Source: Tubiluchus corallicola (Eukaryota > Animalia > Priapulida). Taken from it: a stretch of 64,000 nt of DNA. The stretch lies in contig JAQGDQ010000160.1 in assembly GCA_030141605.1 (NCBI GenBank), positions 62,001 to 126,000 of the forward strand. The letters are read 5' to 3'. The notes beneath the pieces were generated by a model. That model searched no databases. It saw nothing but the letters and a program-made list of their open reading frames with translations, and had not been told where the DNA came from. The position numbers were made by a program, and so were the translations under genes. Below are positions 15,201 to 27,700 of this stretch, piece by piece (the first letter of the stretch is position 1; every line of letters starts with the position of its first letter).

Positions 15201-16135
15201 GCTAAGTGTTCTGTGCTTCGTGTCAGACCCAAGCATAATTTCAGATACAAACTTTGTGGGTCCGAAATTAATCAGCCAACTGAAGTGAAAGATTTAGGCG
15301 TATGGATTTCGAAGGACTTAAAATGGAATAAGCATATAACTAGGATTGAGAAATCAGTAAATGGAGTCATAGGTTTAATCAAATGGGCTGTTCTGTCACT
15401 GTCATTTAAAGTTATAGTCCATCTTTATAAAACATTGACCAAAGCTTGAGTATGCAGCAGTTGTCTGGTCACCGCAGTACACCACCATAGTTAACCAGCT
15501 TCAACAGATTCAGAGACATTGCCTTCGAATTATGACTGATGGACAAGCTGAAGACATTAAACGTGTGTATCAGAGACGCAAAACTATAGATCTCGTCCAT
15601 TGCTTCAAAATTTTGAACGAGTTGACCATTTTTAGTAAAGATGACTTCTTCGTCCCGACTCATCGCCACTATGATCTACGTGAACATTCGATGAAACTGT
15701 TCCAATCCCTGCTGGAATGCCTTGCCAGATGATGTGATTAGTGCCCCAAATGCTTTCAAAAGCAAATTGAGGGCTTAGCGTCAATGTCATGTGACCAGTT
15801 GAGTTATTAAGATTGAAAGGTAAATTTAACTTAAAACTAAAAGTAAACTAAGAATAAGATAAATTTGAAATTACACATAAGGAGAAAATTACTGATCTCA
15901 AACGTGAAAAGTTGTTTGTCTAATAGTTAGTCGTTTCGGTAATTCCATTTGGTAGTTTTTCTTTAGTATAAATAATAATGCTGTAATAATTATATCAGTC
16001 ACAACAGCGAATCATTACTCTACCGTTGACAAACGAAGCGATATGGGCTTACCAATTTGCCGGCTTATTATCACTAACAACGTCCTGCCACGCAGCAAGA
16101 AGTGAAGCTTTGTTTTTCTTTAAATCCACCGACAT
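1554..16135 (-). CDS. DBNL: Drebrin-like protein / actin-binding protein 1 (ADF-H domain, charged coiled coil, Pro-rich region, C-terminal SH3), about 573 aa, 14 coding exons
   Basis: Exons (minus): 16053-16135, 13769-13824, 11990-12102, 9951-10025, 9457-9594, 9009-9086, 8581-8667, 7902-8021, 7032-7112, 5797-5943, 4505-4841, 3995-4128, 3439-3571, 1554-1693. All introns are GT-AG and the frame is continuous (1722 nt). ADF-H: [20 protein letters not shown]...WVVYGYE...[46 protein letters not shown]3: [36 protein letters not shown]...[12 protein letters not shown]. Confidence 0.93.
7425..7764. mobile_element. Non-autonomous DNA transposon (Kolobok-like end GTTTTCCTTAA); second copy at 39668-42010
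   Basis: Shares blocks with 39730-39939 plus 41908-42010 (TTTAAGTTTAAAATTCAAATT, AACACCTCTGAACT, TCTGTGGTAATAATTCTTT, TAAGTCAT.CTTGAAAAA, GTTTTCCTT(T)AA). The left boundary is approximate and the superfamily is inferred only from the CC-TTAA terminus. Confidence 0.6.
10849..11481. mobile_element. hAT-like MITE in DBNL intron 3
   Basis: TIRs CAGGGCTGGATTAA / TTAATCTGGCCCTG. The internal motif TGTGCTTAGGG(T/C)ACCAA occurs near both ends. Decayed 8-bp TSD ACTTCTAC/ACCTACAC. Confidence 0.7.
11680..11815. repeat. Dispersed repeat, copy 1 (copy 2 lies just upstream of the DBNL start at about 16258-16440)
   Basis: GTGTCAATT.AGTTTATT.G...TTTATTTACCA.TTC ... AATCTCTGATCTTACAGC.ATTGC is shared with 16275-16405. 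Confidence 0.7.
12172..12235. repeat. (TA)n microsatellite
   Basis: Long TA dinucleotide run with one short interruption. Confidence 0.95.
13562..13757. mobile_element. Decayed hAT-like MITE with TATCRA subterminal repeats
   Basis: Many TATCAA/TATCGA motifs. Right end GTATCGTTTCCAATCACTA, degenerate left end TAGAAAATGAAACCGTATC. Confidence 0.45.
14369..14550. repeat. Inverted repeat / fold-back: 77-bp arms (14369-14445, 14474-14550), 28-nt loop
   Basis: The left arm matches the reverse complement of the right arm at 66/77 positions with no indels. Confidence 0.9.
14720..15860 (+). mobile_element. 5'-truncated, degenerate CR1/L2-type LINE (reverse transcriptase) in DBNL intron 1, antisense to the host
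   Basis: ORFs 14751-15449 and 15532-15732: [12 protein letters not shown] (cf. DFxKAFDxV), QRVVL, SGIPQG, LIYVDDL, catalytic position read as CVDD (YADD decayed), KDLGV, LYKTL, then stop and frameshift, and HSMKL near the 3' end. A-rich tail at about 15830-15860. Confidence 0.88.
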
Positions 16136-16257
16136 TCTGAAGTAAGTAAATCGTTAGCACGGGTATCAACTTTTCATAATAAAGCGTGAAGCACATACAA
16201 AATTTTGACAACTTTTTATAGGTCAGTGAGTCAGCGCGCTAGCAATATACGCTATCG

Positions 16258-16440
16258 TACCATAAAAACAAATGTGTCAATTTAGTTTATTCGCATTTAT
16301 TTACCACTTCAGCCCGAGAAAGCCAACGCCAATTTATCCAAAGAATGTAATATTCGTATTATCTGCCGTGCCTAAACCCAATCTCTGATCTTACAGCTAT
16401 TGCTCAAGCATTTGTACATCAGCACAGATGCGACGGGAAG
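16258..16440. repeat. Dispersed repeat, copy 2, in the DBNL promoter region
   Basis: Homologous to 11680-11815 (see that feature). Confidence 0.65.
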
Positions 16441-18780
16441 AGTAGACCAGAGCAGTAGCCAAACTAGCCATGTGTTAAACTATGTAGAGTGAACTTGCTG
16501 TGACCAGAAGTTGTAATTGCAAATTACAGAAGATTGCAGTTCTTGTTTCTTTTACAATCACACTACCCTGCTGTGATTGTGTTGACAGAAAATTTGCCAG
16601 TGATCAAGTTCACATTTACAGTTTTTGTTCATAGCTCACTATTACTAATTATAATTATAACTATTATAAAACAAACATAAAGAATGATATGAAAAAATGT
16701 CTGTCTATTTTTCTTTGCAACTAAGTCAACGTCGCAAGTAAAGGAAAACGAGTGATTGTCAAGGTCTGTCTATCCCATCATGATCATAGGGATTTTGTTG
16801 CTCAGGGTTTGAGACTAATATACAGTGGCGGCTCGCAGCTAAAATTAGTGGGGGTGCTGCTTCAGAAAATTTTTAGCCATTGTTTTAATACTGATTAAAA
16901 CGTAACAAACTTATGTAATTTTAATGATCTAGTTATATTTGAAGATCAGGTGTCAAACGGCGTCTTTTCTTAACTGCAACTTTCGCGTGGAGATACAATT
17001 GTGACAAATTAAGCTGTTGTAGTTCACTTACAGTCACAGAACTTATTTCTTGGGGATGCAAGGTGTCCATTATTAAATGATTTAAGCGCACACGCTAAGT
17101 TTGCATTTTATTGCATCCAAGAATATGACGGTACATGGCAATTGTTACTGTGTTCGAGACAGTACTTTTCTGCCTAGCAAACGTTGTTCCTTATGAGTAG
17201 AGCCTAATATATACTTTAACAATTATTTTACGAGCATTACTAATCACGTACAACACTGATACAATGGAATTCAACTGCATCAAAACTGCTTTTGGGGTAA
17301 TTGTAGTTCAAGTTTGGCAGACTAAATTTAACAGGATTGTAATTTATATTATCTGCAATTTGTCACTACTGTTCTAGTTTAATTGTAAATATAACAGTTA
17401 TAACACAATATAAAATCATCATAGTTAAAGTTTCTTTAATATACCAAAAATGTTGGATCACAAGCATAATTATTTACACACCAGCAAAAATAATAATTTA
17501 TCTAGGCCCTTACATTAATCAATGACATTGCATAGGCAAAAACTGGGATCAGATACAAAAAAGTAGAAAATTATAACTTATCGTCAAGATCAGAAGGGCT
17601 ATGTAATAACACTCAAACTGGAGATAATCTGTAGGTGTAATAATAATAAGTATTATAACATAGGCCACAGGTTCACAATTACCAGAAAAAACTAAAATCT
17701 TAAAAATAAAACCAATTTGTGAAGTCATTTATTACTGCAAATAACAAATGACAGCAACTGACTACTAATTTTAAAATACAATAATAATATTTTGAATCAG
17801 AAGATATAAAGTATGACTAAATTGTGACTCTCCAAAATTAGATTATTGATAATTATCATTTAATTTTAAAACCATATGAGCTCTTATTGTATTGTACACA
17901 TATGTGTTTTCGTTTTTTACTGCAGTAATTACAGCATTGCCACTCCATGACAAAAGCACAATCCAAATTTGCACGCCCTTTTAGCAAATATGGAATATCT
18001 TTTTGATGAAACATCTTTAAAGATTTCAGAACTCCTAAGTGAAGATCAATTTTAAAGAAACTGCACAAATAACTAGGAAAACAATCAGCAATCGGACAGA
18101 ACATAAACAAAAGTAAATGACGAAAATATCATTACAGGAATGCTACTGCTATAGTCCAATTTAAAAACAAATGCGTAGTTCAACTTATCTGTAAACTTGG
18201 CAGACGTATAATTCTTTCACATATAGATTTTGCAATTCATTTTTACAAGCCAAAAAGCAAAGCATACACAGTACACTGCAATCAGCTATAAAAATGCTAC
18301 CAAATTTCAGAAAGTAAATAAAATAATAAGCCATCAAGCAGTAATAGCCTAGGGAAAATGTAATCATCCTTAGACAGACATCAAATATTTCACAATAGGC
18401 CATAATGATTAAAGTAAAACAAACATTCCACAAAAAAAGATTCCAACAGATATGTTTTTACAAGCTATTGCAGTTGAAAAAAGGAAATGACAGTCACAAA
18501 AATAGTTGATCAAGTAAGACCCTAATCGATAATCATGCAAAGTAAATTTCTTGAGTAGATATACAGATGTACCATAAGCACGGAATGCTGCCAAATCAAA
18601 AGTAACTATCTAGACATACGAAATGCTGATAAACTTGTCAATGTTATCAAAATCAGAGCATTATAAAACCTTAAAAAGAAATCTCTTTCTAAGTGCAAAA
18701 AAGCAATGATGTTCAACCTGATCTTCCCTTCTATAAATAGCTTCACTGACGAATGTTCCTTTTCCACCACACCTGATGTA

Positions 18781-21700
18781 TCAAAAATATTGCCACTTGC
18801 CCATAATAGTGTCTTTTACTGCTTCTGCGTACTGTGATGGAAACCAGTAGATCCAATACCGCGAAGCTTCTGTGGGCCCAAGCTGGATACCCTGCACAAA
18901 ATAATGATAATTTTGTCCAAACATGATCATGATAATAGTTATAATACACTCCTTTTAACCTAGTATACTGTTAAAAGTCGATAATGTTAAAAAAATGGAT
19001 CTGAAATGAAATTTATTAACAGCAATTTTGTTAAACATGCAAAAACACTGCTATCTGTTTCCTCATTATGGTACAAAAAGAATGTACCTGTAAAAAATAG
19101 CATTGAAATTTAAAAGAATAAAGTTTATCGTGTGTATTTGCATTTAACTCGAACTTTACAAAAAAAATAATTTCACACAGTGGAAACTGTTGATACCTGC
19201 ATGAATTTTTAGTCAAGGCGCAAAAAAACTCAAACTGAAATATTTTTAAGATACATTTTAAATGCATTTCATAAATATTGAGAACTAACTATTAAGATTA
19301 ATGTCGACAAAGAGGAATTACAAAAAAATCAAAATATAAATACATGTGAATTCCATCGAAAACATTGCATTTTACACAATGTGTATAGAACTGTAATGTT
19401 GTTAGAAATTTGTAGGATCAGCACTTTACCTACCAAAATTTGATATTCTTCATGACCTTCTATAGGCTCACTAACTACCTGTTTTATTGAATTCATTGGT
19501 ACTTTTTCAGTTCGCTCTGAAACAGAAAAACCATACCATCAAAGTCTATCTCATTGCAAGCAAAAGCACAAGACTATGAAGCAAAAGATGCGCTAATTCT
19601 TGATAGTACTGTATTAACTTTTGTAGAAAGTAATTTAAATAGCACATTAAATAATATTCACCAGTATATTATACACTCAACATTACAAAAGAACCAAAAC
19701 ATTGGTACCACTTTAAAAAGAATAACTGGCTTTTTACCATGCATTTTACTAGCTTGAAAATTTGTGGTTTGTTAAATGAATCGCACAGTTTCACATCCCA
19801 GTAGACTGTGTAGGAATTCACTACAATGACTCAAAAAATAAGAAAGAAAGTCTGACAGTCACATTCATATACACGTAAATTACACATAAGTATGTTTGCT
19901 GCATGTTTCATTATCAAAGATAGTCACTCATTATCAAGTCAACTAAAGCTTTAAACTTGTAAGTTTCACAGATAGAAGCTAATGTACTGTAACATTACCA
20001 CACTGCTAAATTTCAATTTTGTAGGACACTTACTTAACATTATTGTAGTTTAATTTTTTTCTGCACCACCCAATCTATACAAAGAGTTGGTACACTCAAA
20101 ACAATATCACTTAAATATTTGACCCAGAACAACTATAAGAAAATTTACTCTAAAAAGTATTTTTTATATGATGACATGTAAAAGTAAAATGTCAGAATGG
20201 ATTTCTGTTAAGACAGTAATGCTAATAAAATGTGCGCTGTGTGTCTCTGTACCTTTTGTTCCAATCCATAACTGATCTGTTTCTAATTTGAAAGTTAGTC
20301 GCACTTTACCTCCTGTTTTGTTCACTCCATACACTGGCACTGGTGGGAGACTTTCCTATTTAAAAGAGCAATATGAATAATGTGATAAAGTTAACAAACA
20401 ACAAGAATAAGCAACATGGCTAATGCCTGCTCATATGCAATGACAACCATTTAAGTTTACATGGCAGTCTAGCTAAGCAATTTACTTATCTGGTTGTAAA
20501 AGGTGCTGTCTTGAATAAGCATTACACCTTCAAAAACTGCTAGTAAAATTGTGACATAATCACCTCAGTTAGTTAAGAAAGTTCTTGTAAAGACACTACA
20601 AGTCAAATTCAATAAATAAAAACAAATAATCCAAAAGTATTACCCATAGTGGGGAGATCTTGCGAACGTATTTTTAATGGTCATGTGTCATGACAAAACC
20701 GTGATGCAAACTCTACCTTCAGTTTATACCTTAAAATTTGGATTTCATGAGCTAACGCATGCATTACAAATAGTTCCTACTTTCTATTTTTTCAAATTTT
20801 TCAAGTTTCACTTTAAGTTTGGTAGGCTTATCACTGTATAAAATGAAATAATCAGTAACACTTTAATAATTATTAATAGTACATTTAATAGACTGTATTA
20901 ATGAAGAGAATTTCTAAAATGAATAATATGTAAATGTTGTAATGAAACTAGTTAAGTATTTTCTTTATCTGTGACCATTTTTTGTTATTTTTCTGTTATT
21001 TTCTGCTCATGGCAAGTCTGTTTTGAAAAATTTAATGTCACTGGCTAATTTTTTTAACTGAAGCTTCTCACAATTTTAAATTTTATTTGGAAAAAAATTA
21101 GCGCAAGACATACTGTATGAAAACTCACAGAAGCCCAAGCTTAAGACTGACCAGGGCCAGGATGATAGTACTGTTAAAGTGTCCACACACATCATTTGTT
21201 AAATATACTGGCAGATTGGAAGTATATTTTCATGCATTTCAGCACACTTTACTAACAGAACTGAATAAGAACTGAATATAAACTTAAACTCAAACAACAC
21301 ACATTCTTATGAAAAACATATCAGAAAATATTGTGCAAACAAAAATATTAAAATTAGTTAACTGATTAGTTGTTATTACCTTACAATTCTTAATTCCAAC
21401 CATTAAATCATCTGGTTTTCCTTTGTCTAAGACTTTTTTATGTATTTTTTGATTACATAATAATTCCTTTTTAGATGACTCTGAAAAATGAAAATATACA
21501 CATGCAAATTATTATAGCTGTACAAATTTACAAGTATATTATTTACTGAAAGACTGATTTTTAGATCTCCCAAACACTCACTTTGCAATTAGCATATCTG
21601 ACACCGTAATATTGTCAGCTAGCCGCACAACACAACTAAACAGATCTTAACAGAGCAACAACATTCTATTATGGCTGATTTTTCTCCCAAAAAATTTCAA

Positions 21701-24700
21701 ATGTGACATTCACCCACATCAGGTCATGTCACTATTTTGGCAACAGGTAAAACGTAAAATCAATACCAGAACAACAGCAAATCAGTATAGAATATAAGAA
21801 GTTTATTTTACAATATACATAACCAATACAACAATACATTAATAATAATAATAATAATACAATAATTATTCATGCATCAAGAATAATATTATGATGGCTA
21901 ATAAAAACCTATTTTCAACATATATAAAAAGGAACATTGGATGGTTTTTTTCCTGCTTTTGTGTGTTTTTGTAAACACCATCATAAATGCAGTGTGGCAA
22001 ACTTCAAACCATTACTAGTAGGGGCAGGACCAAGATCTAGTTCTTTAGCAAGTGTAAAAATCTGGGAAATATTGCTGGCAAATACCCACGCTTGTATCAT
22101 TGTAAAAAGCATACATTCTCCCTGTAAAGTAAAAAGAAGCAGCTAGGCAGTATGGCGAACAAAACATATTTTCGGGCAGTCCCTCACTATTTATTAGCCA
22201 GGCCCAATATTGTGTGTGCGTGCATGTGTGTGTGGCACATATTAAAAACATATTTATTTTCTTGGAGGACTTCAGCTGGACCTCCTTAAATATATCAAAA
22301 ATTTTCATGACAGTTTTTCCAATGTTTACTCTATCAAATTTACTCTAACTCATTATTACTCTATGCCCTTAATTTGGCATTGTTGGCAATGTTGGCATTG
22401 ACTCCAATTGAAACTGAGTTATTTTATTTTTTTCAACTTGTATATTAGCATCTAACAGAAAGTTCTTAAGATACAAATGAGGTGCACAACACAGAGTTTA
22501 TGTACATATCAGCAATGCTTTTAAAGAAATATAATCAGAGTTACAATTACAGATTTCAAATATGAGTGTTTTTAACATAAACAACTTAATTTGTAATAAC
22601 TATGAACTGTTTCAAACAGAGTATTAACTATGTTAACAGTTATTGGAGATAATTAACAACACAAAGATAGGCACCATAATCCAGTAGAGCAAAATCTATT
22701 ATCAAAGAAAAAATGCTGGTAAAAAATGCAAAGAATTTGCATTATAATTGCAAAATAGCTAAAATTCCTAGACTTTAGTTCAAGGCTTTTTAGCAGCAAA
22801 GTCAGGCAGTGAAACCAAAACTGCTGAAAATATTGTAAGAGTATAGCAAATAAACTTCAAGTACTTATAATACAAAACAGTGTACAGATTTCAAAGTCGC
22901 TGGTAAATTACATCTCAAAAATAGCAATGAGTTCGACCCAAACTTGGGTAGCTTATAATACCAGACTGCCAAATTTTAGCAAAACAGTTGAGTTGATAAT
23001 TTTGATTGGGTTGTTCAGGGTCAAAGATCAATTTCAACTCAAAATGTAAGGAGTTGGGCAATCAAACTCATGCAACTTCAGGAAACAAATATCAGTGGAA
23101 GAGTCATTAATCTCGAATGGGTGCTTGAAGGTCAAGGTGAAAAACTGTGAGCTGAGCTACCAATTTTTTGTAAGTTACATTACCAGACAGAACATACTAA
23201 TGAGGTATTTTGTGATGCTAAATGATTGACTTGAATTAGCTAGAGAAAAACACAAGCCAAGTCAGTGAAGACATAACTGTAAGTCCAAAAAACAAGATAA
23301 AGAATGAATGCAGGCATAATCTGATCAGACAACACTAAAGTGTAGGTACACTGTGATTTATAACAACCTTGATTTTGCAACTGAAAAATTCCTAAATAAT
23401 AGTTGACTTTAGTTTGTATAATCACAGACTGCAAAAAGTTTAGATCTGGTGATGCTTATAAATTTTAAGCAAATTTTAATAAACTTTTAGGCCAGCACAT
23501 TTCTTTGCATGGCAAAACCCTTTGTCTAGACCAGTCTAGTACCTAGATGAAAAATAACTAACGTGATTGACTGCTTTGACTGAGTGTATTAGCACAAGGA
23601 ATTACAAAAAATTGGACAAATAATTTGCTTAAGTTATAAAGTAACTACTTATTTATAATTTGACAGCTAATTGTACAGCTAATTAATAATCTAGCATATC
23701 AAAAATAATAGACAAACTACATGAAGAATACAAATGCACTGAAACCTTGAGCTTAAACATGCACTAGTTTTTGAAAGCCCTAAATTGTCAGAAAAATTTT
23801 CTTTAATTAGTATTAAACTGTTGTACATGTCTTTTCATATCATTAACAGTTCTATTTATGTTTCTTTGACTTCTAAACATGTTTTATGTAAAAGCATTAA
23901 TCCACCTATTATCATTTCAGTAATTACATATACAAACACGACAAAATTACAAAAAATACTCAAAAAAGCTGTCAAAATTTAATGTACTTAGTATCTTAAT
24001 ACATTAGTAGTAAACCAAAATAATATAACAATAACTTATACAGCAAAACAATATTAATACAAATATTATTAACAATTAATTAAAAACAAAGAAATGCCTG
24101 AGGTTTTAAAAGTAATAGTGAACAAATTAAAAAGATACTGGAATTGAGTTTGCAAAAGTTAAATTACTATACTGCAACTTCATATCCTCACTTGATATAC
24201 CCTACAGGAGAATGCCTAGTAACCATTTTAGCCATAATAACCACCTCTAGCATAACCAGGGTCATAATTAACGAAACCTCCCGGGAAATCACTTCCAGGA
24301 TAAGAAGGAAAGCCTCTGCCATACCCACAGTAGCCTCCAACACCAGTGTAGCTTTTCCAACCATAAATGCTTCCATAACGACCATAGCATCCATGGCCCA
24401 AACCTCCATAAGGCGTTCCACCATAACCAACAGCACTCCAGTACACATCCACATAAGGACGACTACCAATGTTAGATGCATAACGGTTAACATTCCAAGA
24501 CTGAGATAAACTCAATATCTACAAGTAAAAAATACCAATAATTACAATAATGGCACTTTTTATATTATCTGGTAAGAGTGTGTAAAATACCATATAGAGT
24601 TACATGTATGAAACAGTGCATGCTGCTGAAAAGTGCCACGAAATTCAGCAAGCCGACTCTAGCTTGATTATAAATATAGTATGCCAACTGATGGTTTTTT

Positions 24701-27700
24701 TATTTCTGTAAGTTTTGACTTATAAATCATTTCTGACCTCAACAGAATTAGTACTATATCATCTCATCATGTACTTTAGTATATTTTGAATTAGAGCAAA
24801 TTATTTGCATTGTACATGTATTTGTTTTTAACCCTCTGCTAATACACTGTGAACAATAATAACAATAAAAATGCATGCTACTGAAAAAAGAAGCATGCTA
24901 TAGCAAAATGTAGATCATCTGAGACAATAAATAAATTACCATTAGTTTGATCTTTGATGCATGGGATGTAGTCCAGAGAAATTTTCAGATTACATTTAAG
25001 CATATTGCTAAACTTATCCTATCCAAAGATCATGAATATGCTCAAGAAATAAATCAATAAGGAATAATTAACAGACATAATCACTAGATCCGTATTTAAT
25101 AAGAGCCACAAATTTTTCTTGAGATTTATACCATATTCACACAGACATGTTAAGAGGAATACCTCACCTAGCCAAACAAGTGGATACAAAGTATAAAGAC
25201 GTGATTTATTAAAAAACATTGAGCACCCAGGACATAAATTATACTTTTACATCTCCATGAAACTTAATAATTTGCATTTATTTCATGCTCTTGAGGAAAA
25301 CATACTTACCGAAATTAGAAGCAAAAATACAAAATGAAGATTAGGAGCCATCATGAATTGAAAGACCTGCAAAAATGAAAATACTTTAAACATGTATATA
25401 TGTAATGATTTAGAATTTGGTATGATACAATAAAAACATGCAATTACGACGAAACATCGTTTCTAGCATATAAATGTAGGCCCTAGCTATTTTACAATGG
25501 AAACATTTATGATTTGGTTTTCTTGGAAAAAAGAACCTACATAAAGCTAAAAATTAAATAGCAGACATTTTATAAAAAATATAAATGGATGCTCAGCATA
25601 AAAATTTATTGCGCGGGTTTCCAATACGTATAGCTTAGCTAAGTATTTATGATTTTATGACACAAAATAAACAAATAAACATAAAATTCTTACCTGCACT
25701 GAACTCGTCAACCACAAATATCAAACAACTGTTTTCTGTGACAAAACTAGCTTATAAAACTCTCAGATAGAAAGGAAGACACTTATTAATTAAAGGAGTT
25801 GAAGCATGACGTACATCAGGTGTTGTCCTGAATTTCAATTGATCAAATCTTTATTGCATTCAAGGTCTTTGATCAAATGACAAAAATGTTGGAGCTGTTT
25901 ACTAGTTTACCTTGACCAATATTTTAACTTGAAAGTTTTGAAACGGTCACACAGAATGCTGTCAGCAATAAAATAATGAAACATGTAACTGTACTTTTAT
26001 GCGACGACTGCTAACAGCATACCAGTGAAAGGAAATTCAGGGAACAAATTTCCGCACCAATCATAAACAACAAACAAAAAGGCTGATTAACTCAGAAGAA
26101 GGCTTTTATTATTAATCTCTACATTTTGGTTTATAATGATGCCTCGAATAGTATCTTTACAACACATCAACAATATATCACCATTTTGTGACATGAATTA
26201 TAAGTAAGTCGATTCACATTGTACCTTCTTTGGTACTGATTGATAGGACTAACGGCTAATTAACCTTGACTTCAAGGTTGTCTTGCACACTTGCTTCACT
26301 TTCTATACACAAGAAAAGTATTTTACAATTTAACTTGCTGTTTGCATTATTTACGAGATTGTTCTGGTTTGTTCTATTTTCATTTTTCTGGTAAAAACTG
26401 ATTACATAATTAGCAGCTGGAGTGTAAGAGCAATGTAATCATCATTAACTTGGATAAGATCTTAAAAATTTAGGATCGTCCAAGCCAAATGCAAAAATGG
26501 CACGTATAACCCAAATATAGATACGTACTTTATCAGTTAAGCTTTACTCGGTGAAGAGTGGCCGGAATACAGTGGTTAACACAAAGCTGATGACATAGTT
26601 GATATAATGGTAACATCTTTTACAAAGAACTTATAAGAGCTAGCAGAATATATGAAGGGTAGTTATTTGGTAATTTTTTTTGAAATTTTCATTTAATTTA
26701 GACCTTGAAATTTCTACGGCATCATATTTTTTATAGACTATTTACTATAACTTATAGTATTTAACTTATACGCTTTTTAACTATAGTGCAAATACTGAAT
26801 TACTCAACTATTCTCTAATTGTATAACTAATTAATACAAACTTTATGAAACAAGCCTTGGCAACAAGTTTCATTATCCTTGACTAAGAAATTCTAATTGC
26901 TTCACAGGTGATTTAGCATAAGATGGAAACAACAGAAACAAAAATTAAAGCCTAACAATAATCAATAAGTAGAAACAGATGTCTTAGTCAGAATTTTATC
27001 TATAGATTCTGGTTTTCTATTCGTCCAATAAAAATATTATCGAGTTTAAAAGTTAATTAAACCTGCAAGTAGATTTCTAAATTCTACACACAGCATCATC
27101 ACAGTTACTATAATTTAATTGTCTAGGTGTGGGGTTGCATAAGAAAATGCGGTAAAAACAGCTAAAAAAGCAGTAAGGAGGAGCTACACAGCTAACAAAA
27201 CTAAACAGCCTCCGATGTATCTTTCAGAAAAATAAAGCAGGAATAAAGAACAGCACATATCCGTTATAATGAACCATTGAGAGTTATCTTTCTATTCAAC
27301 TAAATGCTAGCATCTCTATAAAAACATATTTACAGTGCATTTGCAGTTGAAATATGCTATACTACACATTTAACTGATCAGATTTCATGGGTGCATTGTT
27401 TTCTATGCATAGATTATAGCATGATTAAAAGTAGAAGTGGTGCTTCTTGTGAATGACTGTCACCTCTACACTCTACTACATTTATCAGGTAACATTTGTT
27501 TCACTATGAAACCTTGAATGCAAATGATCTGCACACTAGTAGTGTGCAAATTGTGCCTGCAACTACCGAATTTTGACAAAATTAACAAAATATCAAAACA
27601 ATCTACAGCATTGTAAACCAATGAGTAATACAGTGCCAAATTTTGGTTATTAATGCAAATAACAAGATTTATCTTGTAAAAGATGAAATAAATGTACCAC

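Noticed and set aside
16823-16860. MITE starting CAGTGGCGGCTCGCAG
   Set aside because: It looks like a hAT-type left end, but I found no matching right TIR or TSD.
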